Shown here: positions 44,223 to 55,340 of the stretch, piece by piece
Numbering within the stretch: position 1 is the stretch's first letter
Layout: each line of letters starts with the position of its first letter
From: Histomonas meleagridis 2922-C6/04-290x
Taxonomy: Eukaryota > Protista > Parabasalia
Direction: 5' to 3'
Assembly: GCA_020184695.1 (NCBI GenBank)
Contig: JAANOX010000224.1
Span: forward strand, 1 to 64,000
Length of the DNA stretch: 64,000 nucleotides
Position numbers and translations under genes: made by a program
Notes under the pieces: generated by a model
What the model saw: the letters and a program-made list of their open reading frames with translations, nothing else
Told to the model about the DNA's origin: nothing
Database searches by the model: none

Positions 44223-46061
44223 TTATTCGTCATTCATCAATTTGCACTTGTTTGGACACTTTCCACTACCGCAGCAGCACACGGCCATCTGCGGCGCGAC
44301 TTTTTCCAAATCGTGTCCCTTATGGCATTGCTTTGTGCATTCTCCGCAGCACACCTCGTTCTCCTTCATTTTGCACGTGTTGCACCTGAACACTTCTCCC
44401 ATCGCAACGAAATGTTTTCCATTTTTCTTACATGTGCATTCATGCGGCTGCAGCATCAGCGGCAACTTACAATATTTACCGCATTGGCATTCCATATCAG
44501 AAATGTCTCCTACGCATTCGACGCTATGTCCCATGTGGCAGAGCATAGCGCAGTGTTCGCAAATGTTCTCGACGCCGCATGTAGTGCACTTGAACCCGAG
44601 CTGTGACTTCGCGCACACGCACTCAATGGGCTCGATCTTAGATGCGAGTTTGCAGCGTGGAGTGCGCCTGCGCGCGTGCTCACATCCGCCGCACTCGTTT
44701 CCGCATTGGTGCTCACACCCATCACAGCCGTGGCCGTGCTCACATCCGCAGTGCCCGCCGCAGCACCGCTTCTGCGCCTTCGGATGTGACATCGACGTGC
44801 CGCAGCAGCACAGCGCGCACTTGCCTTCATCCGCCAAGCAGACGTCGTGCGACGCGTGGCACACTCGCGCGCACGCTTCGCACACAACCAAATTACCGAC
44901 GATTCCGCACGTGCTGCAATAGTACATTTTCTGTTTCACATATTTGACTCCGTTTTCTTGTATTGAGCATTTGTTTTCCTTTGTCTTCATTAGCTTACAC
45001 GGATACGCACAGTCGCCGGCGCCGCAGTCGCAGTAAAAGTCGGGAACGTTTTTGATTTCGACTAAATCGTGCCCTTTGTGACACACCTTAGCACACTCTT
45101 CGCATACGCCACTTCCATTATCAATTCGACACGTGCGACATTGGAACATTCGCTCGTGTGGCGCATATTCTTTGCCTGTTTGCTCAAACGTGCAATGTCC
45201 TTCGACGGGTTTGATAATTTGTCGTGGAATTATCATTGGAAGTTTACAATGTTTTCCGCATTCGCATTGCGTATTACTACTTTCGCCTTCAATTTCGAAT
45301 ATTTCATGTCCATTATGACAAAGTTGTGCGCATGATGAACAAATAGATGTGTTACAGGTATTGCAAATGTATTTTATCGTTTTGTCGCATTCGAGTTTTA
45401 GAGAAGATTCACTTCCTTGGAAAAATTGGCATTGAAATGGATTATGGAGAAATGCACAATCACAACAAAAAGAGGATTTCTCCCCACAATCAATGCAGTA
45501 ATGACCTCTGTGACACAATTTGGCACATGCTTCGCAAAGGCCATTGTTTTCATCCATGCCACATGTGACACAACGATAAACATGTTGACGTGTAAATTGA
45601 AGTCCATCTCGCTTAAAAGTGCATATATGAGGGGGATCGGGTGGAGGCATAATTTTACAGGGAGAAAGACCATAACCACTGCCACAATCACATTTTTGAT
45701 TGACAATGTCGTAGAGTGAAATAACATGGTCTTTGTGGCATTTGAGGGCGCATGACACACAGCAGATTACACCACATTCTTCACAGAAGAAAGTGAGTTG
45801 TTTTGATCCATTGGGATTTATCATATTTGAACATTTCATCTCGGATATTGGTGGCCTACACTTACATTCTCCAAATGTGCCACAGTCACAGTAACCATAT
45901 GCATCTTTTGAAATTAATACTAATTCATGCCCTTCATGACATGTTTTGGCGCATACTTCGCATATACCATAATCGTCAACAATACCACATGTTTTACAAC
46001 TGTATATTGGTTGTTTGATGATCGGATTTTTTTGAACAAGAGTGCAAAGACTTGGTTCCAT
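44223..46061 (-). CDS. Cys/His-rich protein made of tandem UBR-box-like zinc fingers
   Basis: About nine C.TC....C..CA..CH.GH......(F/Y)CDCG-like repeats. First ATG at 46061. Confidence 0.85.
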   Translation of the reverse strand: MEPSLCTLVQKNPIIKQPIYSCKTCGIVDDYGICEVCAKTCHEGHELVLISKDAYGYCDCGTFGECKCRPPISEMKCSNMINPNGSKQLTFFCEECGVICCVSCALKCHKDHVISLYDIVNQKCDCGSGYGLSPCKIMPPPDPPHICTFKRDGLQFTRQHVYRCVTCGMDENNGLCEACAKLCHRGHYCIDCGEKSSFCCDCAFLHNPFQCQFFQGSESSLKLECDKTIKYICNTCNTSICSSCAQLCHNGHEIFEIEGESSNTQCECGKHCKLPMIIPRQIIKPVEGHCTFEQTGKEYAPHERMFQCRTCRIDNGSGVCEECAKVCHKGHDLVEIKNVPDFYCDCGAGDCAYPCKLMKTKENKCSIQENGVKYVKQKMYYCSTCGIVGNLVVCEACARVCHASHDVCLADEGKCALCCCGTSMSHPKAQKRCCGGHCGCEHGHGCDGCEHQCGNECGGCEHARRRTPRCKLASKIEPIECVCAKSQLGFKCTTCGVENICEHCAMLCHMGHSVECVGDISDMECQCGKYCKLPLMLQPHECTCKKNGKHFVAMGEVFRCNTCKMKENEVCCGECTKQCHKGHDLEKVAPQMAVCCCGSGKCPNKCKLMNDE

Positions 46062-46731
46062 TGGCAAATTTGTGTCAGTTTTTGTAAAAATTTGCAGAAA
46101 AAATTCCTAAAAAATTACCATTATTTATTTATATCTAGCTTTGATTGAATACAATACTTAAAGAAGTCAAAGCGCATTGCCTTAAGATTGTTTAAAAAAT
46201 GATCTTATATTATATCACTAAATTAAATTTAATCTTCTACTGCTCTTATATTTTTCTAGAAGCTAATTTAATTCATTTATTCTATTATGAATTTAATATA
46301 TTAAATATAAATATTTATTTCAAGCAATTAATTAAATAAAATTTTCATTTTACATAATATTTTTGCAAAAAAAAAATTATGAAGAATTTGGTTTTAGGAT
46401 ACGATGAAATAATACAAGAAAAAAGGTAAGGATTCTTTGTTTTCATTTATCATTATAACTTTTCAAGAATTTTTGTAATGGTTGTATATTTAGATGAATC
46501 AAAATGATATTATTTCTTATGTTTTGTGCCTTAGTTTTGATGTATTTGAGGATATCTTATATGCATGAATAGATTTTTTGATAAACAAATTATTTTTAAT
46601 CAAAATATTGTGATTTATATTCGTTTACATCAAAAAGAAGAAAAACTTGAGTTTTATGTTTTCTTTTTTGCTTTTTATACTTTTGATTACATTCTTTCTA
46701 CAAAAAACCCTAAAAATATTAATTGAAAAAA

Positions 46732-47421
46732 ATGGTTATTAATAGAGATATAAAAAATTACTTTTATGATATGTCGACGTATCATATGATTCCCAAGCCA
46801 GATTTTATTGAAATTGATGATGAACTCCAATTTGAATATAATCTCGCTATACATAAATTAATTACACATAAGCAACTTTCAGAATTTATCAAAAACGATC
46901 AATTGTTTTTGGATAAATTTAAAAAAATTGCTATTATTGATGTAAGATTTTATTATGAATTTTTAGGTGGAAAAATAATAGGCGCAAAAAATATTAGAAC
47001 AAAAAAGGAACTAATAGAATTATATAACTCATATAAAGACACAGGAAAAGAAATAGCTATAATTTTTCATTGTGAATTTTCAAAAGAAAGAGGTCCTAAA
47101 GTAATGGAATTGTTTCGAAAATATGATAGAGAAATGAATAATTATCCAAATCTTTCATTCCCAAACATTTATTTATTGGAAGGAGGTTATAAAGAATTTT
47201 ATTTACATTACCCTGAATTATGTTGTGGTGGATATGTTTCAATGAGAGATCAACAATTTATAGAAAATGGTGAATTAAGAAAATGTACAACATTTTTTAG
47301 AAAAAATATGACTGAAGAAAACTTTTTATCAAATCATAACAGATTCTCATTCTTATTTAATTTATTTGACCTTTCAATAGATGAAATTAATTTTAATTTT
47401 GAATTTAGCAATCAGATATAA
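46732..47421 (+). CDS. CDC25: Cdc25-like rhodanese-fold phosphatase
   Basis: IIDVRFYYEFLGGKI, active site FHCEFSKERGP, IYLLEGGYKEF. Confidence 0.9.
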   Translation: MVINRDIKNYFYDMSTYHMIPKPDFIEIDDELQFEYNLAIHKLITHKQLSEFIKNDQLFLDKFKKIAIIDVRFYYEFLGGKIIGAKNIRTKKELIELYNSYKDTGKEIAIIFHCEFSKERGPKVMELFRKYDREMNNYPNLSFPNIYLLEGGYKEFYLHYPELCCGGYVSMRDQQFIENGELRKCTTFFRKNMTEENFLSNHNRFSFLFNLFDLSIDEINFNFEFSNQI

Positions 47422-47745
47422 TATTTATTTCATTAAAAAAAAATTTCTTTAAAAACATAAAAGAACTTCTTGTTATAACAAAAAAACAAACCCTCAAAAG
47501 AAAAACACCCTGGTTTATTTGATTTCCAAATTTGAATTTGACTTAATAAAAATTAATTTAATTCAAATCAACGGTCACATTAACTAATGGAATGAGGTTC
47601 TTTACATTGTCAATATATCAACAAAGTCACCTCTAAGCATCCAAAAAAATTAGTTAGGCTCAATTGAGCCTTTTTTTAGCTTTTTCTAAACTTAAATACG
47701 TTGTGTAATGCATTCAATTTTTTTGTACATTGGCAGAAGAGAGAA

Positions 47746-48699
47746 ATGGACCTTTCTTTAGATCAATTCGAAATCATCAGAACTATAGGCGTTGGGTCAT
47801 TCTCTCATGTAGAACTTGCCTTCCATATTCCATCTCAGATTTATTGCGTGCTTAAAATTATGAGCAAAGAAAGAATTATCGAACTCAATCAGAAAGAACA
47901 TGTTATTAACGAAGTATACACATTACGCGATGTACAACACCCTTTTGTTGTAACTCTGCATGGAACTTTCCAAGATGACAGAAATGTTTATTTAATGCAA
48001 GAATTTATTGCAGGCGGTGAAGTTTTTTCTCACTTACGTACCCTTCAGTGTTTTGATCTTGATGTTACACGCTTTTATGCTGCAGAAATTCTTCTTGTAT
48101 TTCAAATGCTCCATTCAAAAGGATATGTTTACAGGGACTTAAAACCAGAAAACCTTGTATTCAATGCCGAAGGCCACATCAAATTTATCGATTTTGGATT
48201 TGCAAAACGAATTGTTGATAGAACATATACTCTTTGTGGAACGCCAGAATACCTAGCACCAGAGATTATCAGAGGTGAAGGGTCTTCATTTTGTAGTGAT
48301 TGGTGGGCGTATGGAATTTTAATATATGAATTTTTGGTTGGCCAGACACCTTTCGTCGATGAGAACGAAAACAAAATGTATCAAAAGATTTGTCGAGGGC
48401 AAGTGTATTTCCCAGATTATATCGATCCAATTACAGCAGATTTTTTGGAAGGCCTTTTAACGGTTGACGCCACACATCGTTTGGGCTGCACAGCGATTGG
48501 GGCAGAAGAAATAAAACAGCATCAGTGGTTCCAGGGAATTGATTGGAGCAAGGTCTATCATATGAGATATCAACCGCCATTGGTGCCGATTGTTGAAGAT
48601 GATGGCGATTCGAGTAACTTCGCAGATTATTCAGATCCTGCTACTATACAGGAAGTAGTTGCAACGCGACCTTTTGACGTTTATTTCGAGGGATTCTAA
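47746..48699 (+). CDS. cAMP-dependent protein kinase catalytic subunit (AGC)
   Basis: GVGSFS, YRDLKPEN, DFGFAKRIVDRTYTLCGTPEYLAPE, DSSNFADY, C-terminal F.GF. Confidence 0.95.
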   Translation: MDLSLDQFEIIRTIGVGSFSHVELAFHIPSQIYCVLKIMSKERIIELNQKEHVINEVYTLRDVQHPFVVTLHGTFQDDRNVYLMQEFIAGGEVFSHLRTLQCFDLDVTRFYAAEILLVFQMLHSKGYVYRDLKPENLVFNAEGHIKFIDFGFAKRIVDRTYTLCGTPEYLAPEIIRGEGSSFCSDWWAYGILIYEFLVGQTPFVDENENKMYQKICRGQVYFPDYIDPITADFLEGLLTVDATHRLGCTAIGAEEIKQHQWFQGIDWSKVYHMRYQPPLVPIVEDDGDSSNFADYSDPATIQEVVATRPFDVYFEGF

Positions 48700-48903
48700 G
48701 TAAAATAAATTTGAAAGTTCATCGATTATTTTCTATAAACATATGTATCTTTTATAATATAAAGGCATCTAAAGCCAAACAAGCTGATATTACACGTTTT
48801 TATCTGTAAAAATGTGATTTTTCAACAGAGAAAAAAATTTTGTATTTTGATATGTTTACAAATTTTAATTGGGGTGCCCTGATTACAACGCCTGAACAAC
48901 GAC

Positions 48904-51444
48904 ATGTTATGTGAAATATTAATGGATGAAGAAAGAAATGTTGATCTTATACTTGAAAATTTATTTAATTTAGAAATCCCTGTTTCAAAACAAACTTTTA
49001 GTGAAATGTCAAGGTACAGAGCAGAACTTCCATTTAATTTTGTATATCGTTGTGCTTTGATTCTTCAACAGATATCACGAATTGAACTTCAACCACATGA
49101 AGTTCAAAGAATGGAGTTAATTACAAACTTAATGTCAGCAACTATTTCTACTAAACTTTTTCAAGAACAATGGATCACAAATAATCAAGAAGAAAAGAAA
49201 AATATAATCAAAGATCTTTTTGCAAAAACACTTGGTAATCCATATCATATCATGTCTCAAAATGCATGTTTTTCACTTTCACGAATCGCAATAATTTCAC
49301 TTATTAATAATGAATGGCTTTCATTTTTTGATGACATGAAGTCACTTATTTTTTCTGAATCTGTAGGTGATGGTTATCAAATTGCAAATTCCATTAAGTT
49401 AATTCAGGATGTTATTGATTCCAATATCATTACTCCAAATTATCCAAAATTTGACTCAGTCACATCATTTATTTACTCGCTTTTATTGTATGATTGGAAA
49501 AGCATATTCACTGAAGATTTTGAGTCATATTCAAATATCCAAATTAATGTACTTAAACTTTTCAAAAGTTCATTTCATCTTTTAACCAAATTTTTAAACT
49601 TGCAAAACTATTGCACACAAATTATCTCGTTTCTTTTAACATTACCTGATGAACTTAGTGAATATACATATGATATCTTAAGTCTAATATTTGATAATTC
49701 ATATCGTATAATTTCACCAATTAACAACAAAAACAATTTTGAACCACTTAATATGTTGTGTCATTCTATTTTCGAACATGTTTTAAATGATATTAATAAT
49801 AATAATTTATATTCGATACGATTTATGAAACGAATTTCTGAAATCGAATATGAAATTATCAACACGAAAAATTCGAATTACATTTCGAATCATTTTATTT
49901 TAGGACTATATAAACAAATTTTACCGATTTTCATGAAAATTATTATAGAAAATGATTTAAATGAAGAAGAAGAACAAATAATTAACGAAGTAACAAAATG
50001 TTTAAAATCATTTATTAAAACAGAACCACAAAAACTTATTCAAGAAATTTCGGATTTATTTCGAATGAATATAATTGGGAATGAACAACAAAAATATTTA
50101 GCGATTAAAGTATTAAATTGTTCAACGAATTATTGTTCAATTGAATTACCGAAAAATTATTTAATAAATATTTTTGATTGCATTACAGAAAGTCAATTTT
50201 ATACATTAAAAAAGTCATCTTTAAGTTTGATATATAATTTATTAAAACGATTTCAAAACATTATTGATGAATCTGATATTAATTCTGTTTTTACTATTCT
50301 AAATAAAAATATTATTCAGTCGGAAATATTAATAAAAGAATCATTTAAATTTATGAATAAATTTATACAAACACAAAACATAAATTTAATTTATGAACAA
50401 ATTGTTTCGATTCTTTCACAAACGAATAATAATGAATCATTTTATATATATCCAACTTTAATTAAATGTTTAAATAATAATAAAAATAATGAAAGAATTA
50501 ATGAAATTATTCAATTGTTATTTGATAAATTAAATGATATTAATGAATTGGAAATAATTTTCATAATAACAAATGTGTTAATAGAAATATTTCATATAAT
50601 AAAAGATAATATTAATAATTATATTACATCAATAATTAATTTCATTAAAAACATTACAAATATAAATAAAATCGAATTAAATGACGAAAATAATAGTAAA
50701 TTTTATTTCGATGAAAATATTTTGTTATTATTAATCGAAATTTCGCAATATTTATTTGCTAATGATAATGATTTTACAGAGAAATTTATAAATTATTTAT
50801 TCCAAAGTCAAGAAATTATATTTAATAATCAAAAAATTCTATTTTTATCTTCTCAATTATTATCAAATTTGTGTTTAAATAATCCCGAAAAAATGTATAA
50901 TCAAATTGAGCTATTGCAAAAATGGTTTTCTAATATATTATCTGATGAATCAAACATATTTTATGATTCATCATTATTATTAAATATATTTTCTGATATA
51001 ATAAATGGATTTAAAGATAAATCCGAACCTTTTTTAATGATTTTCTTTTCGAATACTGAAAAAATTTGTTTGAAATTAATGAATTCGAATGGTTTGGAAA
51101 TCAATTTCATTAAAAATAATATCGAATCGATTTTTAGAGTTTTTTTGTCTTTTGTAATGAATTGTAAATTACCAATTGAAATAAGGTATTTAATACAAAA
51201 TTATATAATTTCATTGATTAAAGAAATGAAAAATATTATATTTAGTGATGAAAATTTGATTTGTTTTGTTGTTATGTTCTTCGATAACTTTTATAATAAT
51301 AATGAAACAAAACAAAGAATTAAATTTATAGCACAACAAAATATTATTAAAGAGTTGTTTATATATGCTAAAAAAGTTAAAAAGTTCCCAAATTTTGATG
51401 CAAAAGTTAATTACTTATATATGGAATTATATACGAATGAATGA
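48904..51444 (+). CDS. Divergent HEAT-repeat (importin-beta-like) protein
   Basis: 846-aa open frame, QNACFSLSRIAII..EWLSFF importin-beta-like N-terminal motif, very N/I-rich. Confidence 0.6.
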   Translation: MLCEILMDEERNVDLILENLFNLEIPVSKQTFSEMSRYRAELPFNFVYRCALILQQISRIELQPHEVQRMELITNLMSATISTKLFQEQWITNNQEEKKNIIKDLFAKTLGNPYHIMSQNACFSLSRIAIISLINNEWLSFFDDMKSLIFSESVGDGYQIANSIKLIQDVIDSNIITPNYPKFDSVTSFIYSLLLYDWKSIFTEDFESYSNIQINVLKLFKSSFHLLTKFLNLQNYCTQIISFLLTLPDELSEYTYDILSLIFDNSYRIISPINNKNNFEPLNMLCHSIFEHVLNDINNNNLYSIRFMKRISEIEYEIINTKNSNYISNHFILGLYKQILPIFMKIIIENDLNEEEEQIINEVTKCLKSFIKTEPQKLIQEISDLFRMNIIGNEQQKYLAIKVLNCSTNYCSIELPKNYLINIFDCITESQFYTLKKSSLSLIYNLLKRFQNIIDESDINSVFTILNKNIIQSEILIKESFKFMNKFIQTQNINLIYEQIVSILSQTNNNESFYIYPTLIKCLNNNKNNERINEIIQLLFDKLNDINELEIIFIITNVLIEIFHIIKDNINNYITSIINFIKNITNINKIELNDENNSKFYFDENILLLLIEISQYLFANDNDFTEKFINYLFQSQEIIFNNQKILFLSSQLLSNLCLNNPEKMYNQIELLQKWFSNILSDESNIFYDSSLLLNIFSDIINGFKDKSEPFLMIFFSNTEKICLKLMNSNGLEINFIKNNIESIFRVFLSFVMNCKLPIEIRYLIQNYIISLIKEMKNIIFSDENLICFVVMFFDNFYNNNETKQRIKFIAQQNIIKELFIYAKKVKKFPNFDAKVNYLYMELYTNE

Positions 51445-51720
51445 TAAAATAATATGTTAAATAAATAAAAATAAATTTTTAAAGCTTAATTTTGTTATTA
51501 TTACATATGTTTTATAAATGTAACTCTGAATTTCTATGTATAATTTTCACAAACAGAACCGAGCAAATTTGAAACTTTTTTCATATGATTTCAAACGACT
51601 GGTCTTAGAATTATATTATAGCCGTTTAGAAATAAACTTGAACGCGTAAGGTGGAGCATCATTGAAATTCCCACAAATAAAAATTTACGATAGGCATCAA
51701 AAAAACCCCAGATCACAAAA

Positions 51721-54126
51721 ATGGAAACAAAGGGAGAAAAACTCTTCAGACAAATTCAAGTTGAACTTTCTGAATACATTGTACAATTATCTGATTTCGT
51801 TATCCAAAAAGAAATCGGAAAAGGAGGAAATGGGATTGTATATATGGGGTTCCAAAAATCAACAAATTTTATAGTTGCCATAAAACAACCACACGTAGAA
51901 GAGAACAAAGACAACACTTTATTAAATTTTTGTCTCGAAATACAAGTACTTTCACATTGTGATTTTCCAAATCTTTTAAAATTTATTGGATTTACAGTGA
52001 CAAAACCTTTTTCAATAATTACAGAATATGTTCCATGCGGTTCATTATACCAAACCATTCATTCATCCAAAAGCAAGATAAAATTATCAGGTGATCAAAA
52101 AAACATTATTGCTATTGGTATTGCTGCAGGGATGTATAAACTTCATCAACGTGATATTATTTATCGTGATTTAAAATCCAGTAATGTTTTGCTTAACGAT
52201 AAAACAGAACCAATCATTTGTGACTTTGGCTCTGCAATTTTTATTGATATTGAAGACATTGTTCCTATGATAACTCGAGTTGGTACTCCTGGTTGGATGG
52301 CTCCTGAATTATTTCGAGCGGGTACATATACAAATAAAGTCGATGTATATTCATATGGAATGATATTATGGGAACTTGAAACTGGCTTAATTCCATATCA
52401 AGGATATTCATATGAGCAAATTTCAGAAGCTGTAAAGAAAGATGAAAAGCCTTCTATTCCTCCACGAGCACCACAAGGACTTAAGACACTTATTCAATAT
52501 TGTTGGCATCAAAATCCAGATAAAAGACCTTCTTTTGAAAAAATTCTCAAATATTTCTTCACTAAAAAAGCATATTTTGAAGGTGCAAAAGATGAAACAA
52601 TTCAAACGTTAAAAGATACATTTGAAAAATTGGAAGCAGATGAAGCAAAGAAAATTCGTATTCCAGATAATATTCCAAAGTTTTTTGCCAAAAAGAATCC
52701 AGCAAAAATTCTTACATTTACGAATGCAATAACAATTGAAACGTGTAAACAATTTTTCGATTCTGTTATGTTCCTAGTCAATAATGAAGAAAATATACAA
52801 GTTAATCAAATTGCTCTTTTCGAAGTTCTAAAATTGATTTCGAAGGATAAAGAATGTCTTAATTTCTTTATTGAACATGAATATGCAAAACAACTTCCAT
52901 TTAATAATGATGATCTTTTAGATATATCACTTTCTATAATAATTCCTATTTTAGAAAGTGGGAAAATAATAAAATCCGAAGTATTACAAAAAACAGATAA
53001 ATTAATTCCAAAAAATGCGCTTAAAATGGCTCGTTTATATTCGATATTATTAAATCAAAAAGAAAATGAATTAATATCAACACAAAACCTTCGTATTGCA
53101 GAATTGTTAATTATGTGGTCAGATGTATTCATAAAAAATGGTGCAGCACAACCATTACTTCAAATGTTATATCAATTAATTAAAATAATTCCTCATTTTA
53201 TAGAAAGTAGAGGAAGATATTGTATGAATGTTTTTGTACAATGTTTAGAATCAAATGATGAAGAAATAGTAAAAACAGCTTATTCTGTTTTATATGCACT
53301 TAGAGATCAAGATATCAAAATTACAAATGAAGTTATTGTAAAACATCTTAAAGATAATAAAAATATAGAACGTGCATTAAAATTACTTTCTGTTATGGAA
53401 CCAGAAGAAATAACAATTGAAATATTAGATTTAATTATAAAACATTTTCAAGCTTCAAAATGGGCCTTTTTCGCATTTCTTAATTTATGTGAAAGTAAAG
53501 AATTAAAATCAAATTTAATTGATTATTTTGTTAAATTACTTTCATCTGATAAATTTACAGAAGAACAAAAATTAAGTTTCCTTCTAGTTTTAACCAAAAA
53601 TGAAGGAATTATAGAATATATACCAAAAAATATTGAAATTTATATATTTTTAAAGTCACTTATTGTTTCTAAAGACTATGATAAATTAAATATTGTTTGT
53701 TCCTATCTAAGAAAATTGGATTTTGATCCAATATCTTTAGGATTGCTTCATTTATCTTCTTTGCTTAAAAACTTCTTAGAAATAATTGTCGAAATTAATC
53801 AAGAAGAGTTTTATTTACTCGGTTATTTATTAATTGATCATTTAGGAAGGGTCGAATATTTACCTGAATTTACAATAATTTTAAAGCCTTCATTAGAACA
53901 TTTACATGAAGATACTTGGCTTCAATATTGTGCATTAAGTTATTATGCAATAATTAGTAATTATATGGAAGCACTTCCTGAAATAATGAAATATAATGTA
54001 ATAAATGAACTTCAATCTTATAAATTTACTGGATTGAGTTATCAATGCGCTTCAACAGCAATTTCAAATATTAAAAATTTGTTAAAGGAAATTAGAAAAA
54101 CAAATGGAAACAAAAAGGATATATAG
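51721..54126 (+). CDS. TKL-family protein kinase with ARM-like C-terminal region
   Basis: GKGGNG, VAIK, YRDLKSSN, DFG, GTPGWMAPE; same architecture as 40936-43611. Confidence 0.92.
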   Translation: METKGEKLFRQIQVELSEYIVQLSDFVIQKEIGKGGNGIVYMGFQKSTNFIVAIKQPHVEENKDNTLLNFCLEIQVLSHCDFPNLLKFIGFTVTKPFSIITEYVPCGSLYQTIHSSKSKIKLSGDQKNIIAIGIAAGMYKLHQRDIIYRDLKSSNVLLNDKTEPIICDFGSAIFIDIEDIVPMITRVGTPGWMAPELFRAGTYTNKVDVYSYGMILWELETGLIPYQGYSYEQISEAVKKDEKPSIPPRAPQGLKTLIQYCWHQNPDKRPSFEKILKYFFTKKAYFEGAKDETIQTLKDTFEKLEADEAKKIRIPDNIPKFFAKKNPAKILTFTNAITIETCKQFFDSVMFLVNNEENIQVNQIALFEVLKLISKDKECLNFFIEHEYAKQLPFNNDDLLDISLSIIIPILESGKIIKSEVLQKTDKLIPKNALKMARLYSILLNQKENELISTQNLRIAELLIMWSDVFIKNGAAQPLLQMLYQLIKIIPHFIESRGRYCMNVFVQCLESNDEEIVKTAYSVLYALRDQDIKITNEVIVKHLKDNKNIERALKLLSVMEPEEITIEILDLIIKHFQASKWAFFAFLNLCESKELKSNLIDYFVKLLSSDKFTEEQKLSFLLVLTKNEGIIEYIPKNIEIYIFLKSLIVSKDYDKLNIVCSYLRKLDFDPISLGLLHLSSLLKNFLEIIVEINQEEFYLLGYLLIDHLGRVEYLPEFTIILKPSLEHLHEDTWLQYCALSYYAIISNYMEALPEIMKYNVINELQSYKFTGLSYQCASTAISNIKNLLKEIRKTNGNKKDI

Positions 54127-54783
54127 AGAATCAAAATGTTTGCTAAGAAATGTTTAATGTTAATAAAAATAGTATTGTTTTAATAATAAATTTGTACGTA
54201 TGTTCTTTTGAGATAATGTTTTTAAAATATAAAAGCATTGAATAATAATGTGCTCGAAATGTTTCTTAAAGAAGCTTTAGAGTGTTTTCATCTTTTTAAG
54301 TTTGATTAGATCATAAACACTTCTTGAACATTTTATTTTGCTGATACTTGTTTTAACGTTTTACAAACAAATCAAAAATTTTAATAATGTCTGAAAATGA
54401 ATATTTGTATATCATATATATGTTAACATATTATTAAATGAAATATATAATATTAGGCGCTGGAATGCCAAAAAATTAGAAATCTTAAATACCAAGAATT
54501 CTGTACATAGTTGATGTAATATTTATTGACTTCCTATTTTTTTTTTATCAATTTTACAATATCCTTAAAATTGTTTTCAGATGTATACATAAATATTTTT
54601 AATAATTTCTAAATATTATTTTGAAATATCAAATTATTAAAACAAATATAAAATTAAAGGTAAAAATTTTTCATAATTTTAAAAACAATTGGTGGTATGT
54701 TATAATGTTTTCTGTTCGTTCATAGAATAATTAAAAACAATTTTTATTAAAAACAATAAATAGAACCATGAACTAGCCTTAAG

Positions 54784-55221
54784 TTATGACCACTTTTCAC
54801 TAGTAATATTTTTCGAAGGGTTATTAATTAATTTTTGGAATTGTTTTGAAATTTTTGCAAATTCAAAATACCATTCATCTTCTTCGGAATGAGGCATTAA
54901 GAGGAGGCGCTTTTGAAACCAATTTTTTTGTTCTAAAGCAATATCATATATAATGCTTTTTTTCGAAAAATTGTTTAAAATATCATTCCACCCTTTTGAA
55001 CAATCTTCTGCCCATTCATCAACATTTTGGTATTCATTATTTTTTAGTTTGCCTAAAATTATTGAGAAATCTGTTGTATCTTGCATAATCCATTTGCTTT
55101 CTTGAAAAGATAATTTTGTTACTTCCGTTTCTTGTTTATCAATTGAAAGACATTTAAATAAAGGTCTTGCTAACATTTTTTCTGTAATTTGGATGCACAT
55201 CCTCTTTTCTGCTCTGTTCAT
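54784..55221 (-). CDS. Small bromodomain-like protein
   Basis: TDFSIILGKLKNNEYQNVDEWAEDC motif (cf. MDLSTI..KL....Y.....F..D). Confidence 0.7.
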   Translation of the reverse strand: MNRAEKRMCIQITEKMLARPLFKCLSIDKQETEVTKLSFQESKWIMQDTTDFSIILGKLKNNEYQNVDEWAEDCSKGWNDILNNFSKKSIIYDIALEQKNWFQKRLLLMPHSEEDEWYFEFAKISKQFQKLINNPSKNITSEKWS

Positions 55222-55340
55222 CTCATTGATAAAATATATTTTTAGTTAAAAAAATTGTGCCGACATATTTTTACACAAATTTCTTCTTGCCAAAAAACGA
55301 ATACTTATGATTGAAAACTTTACAAAATGATCCGTTTGAT

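Noticed and set aside
44242-45760. Several long antisense or alternative-frame ORFs over the UBR-repeat gene
   Set aside because: Explained by high GC and Cys/His codon repetition suppressing stops; no independent motifs.
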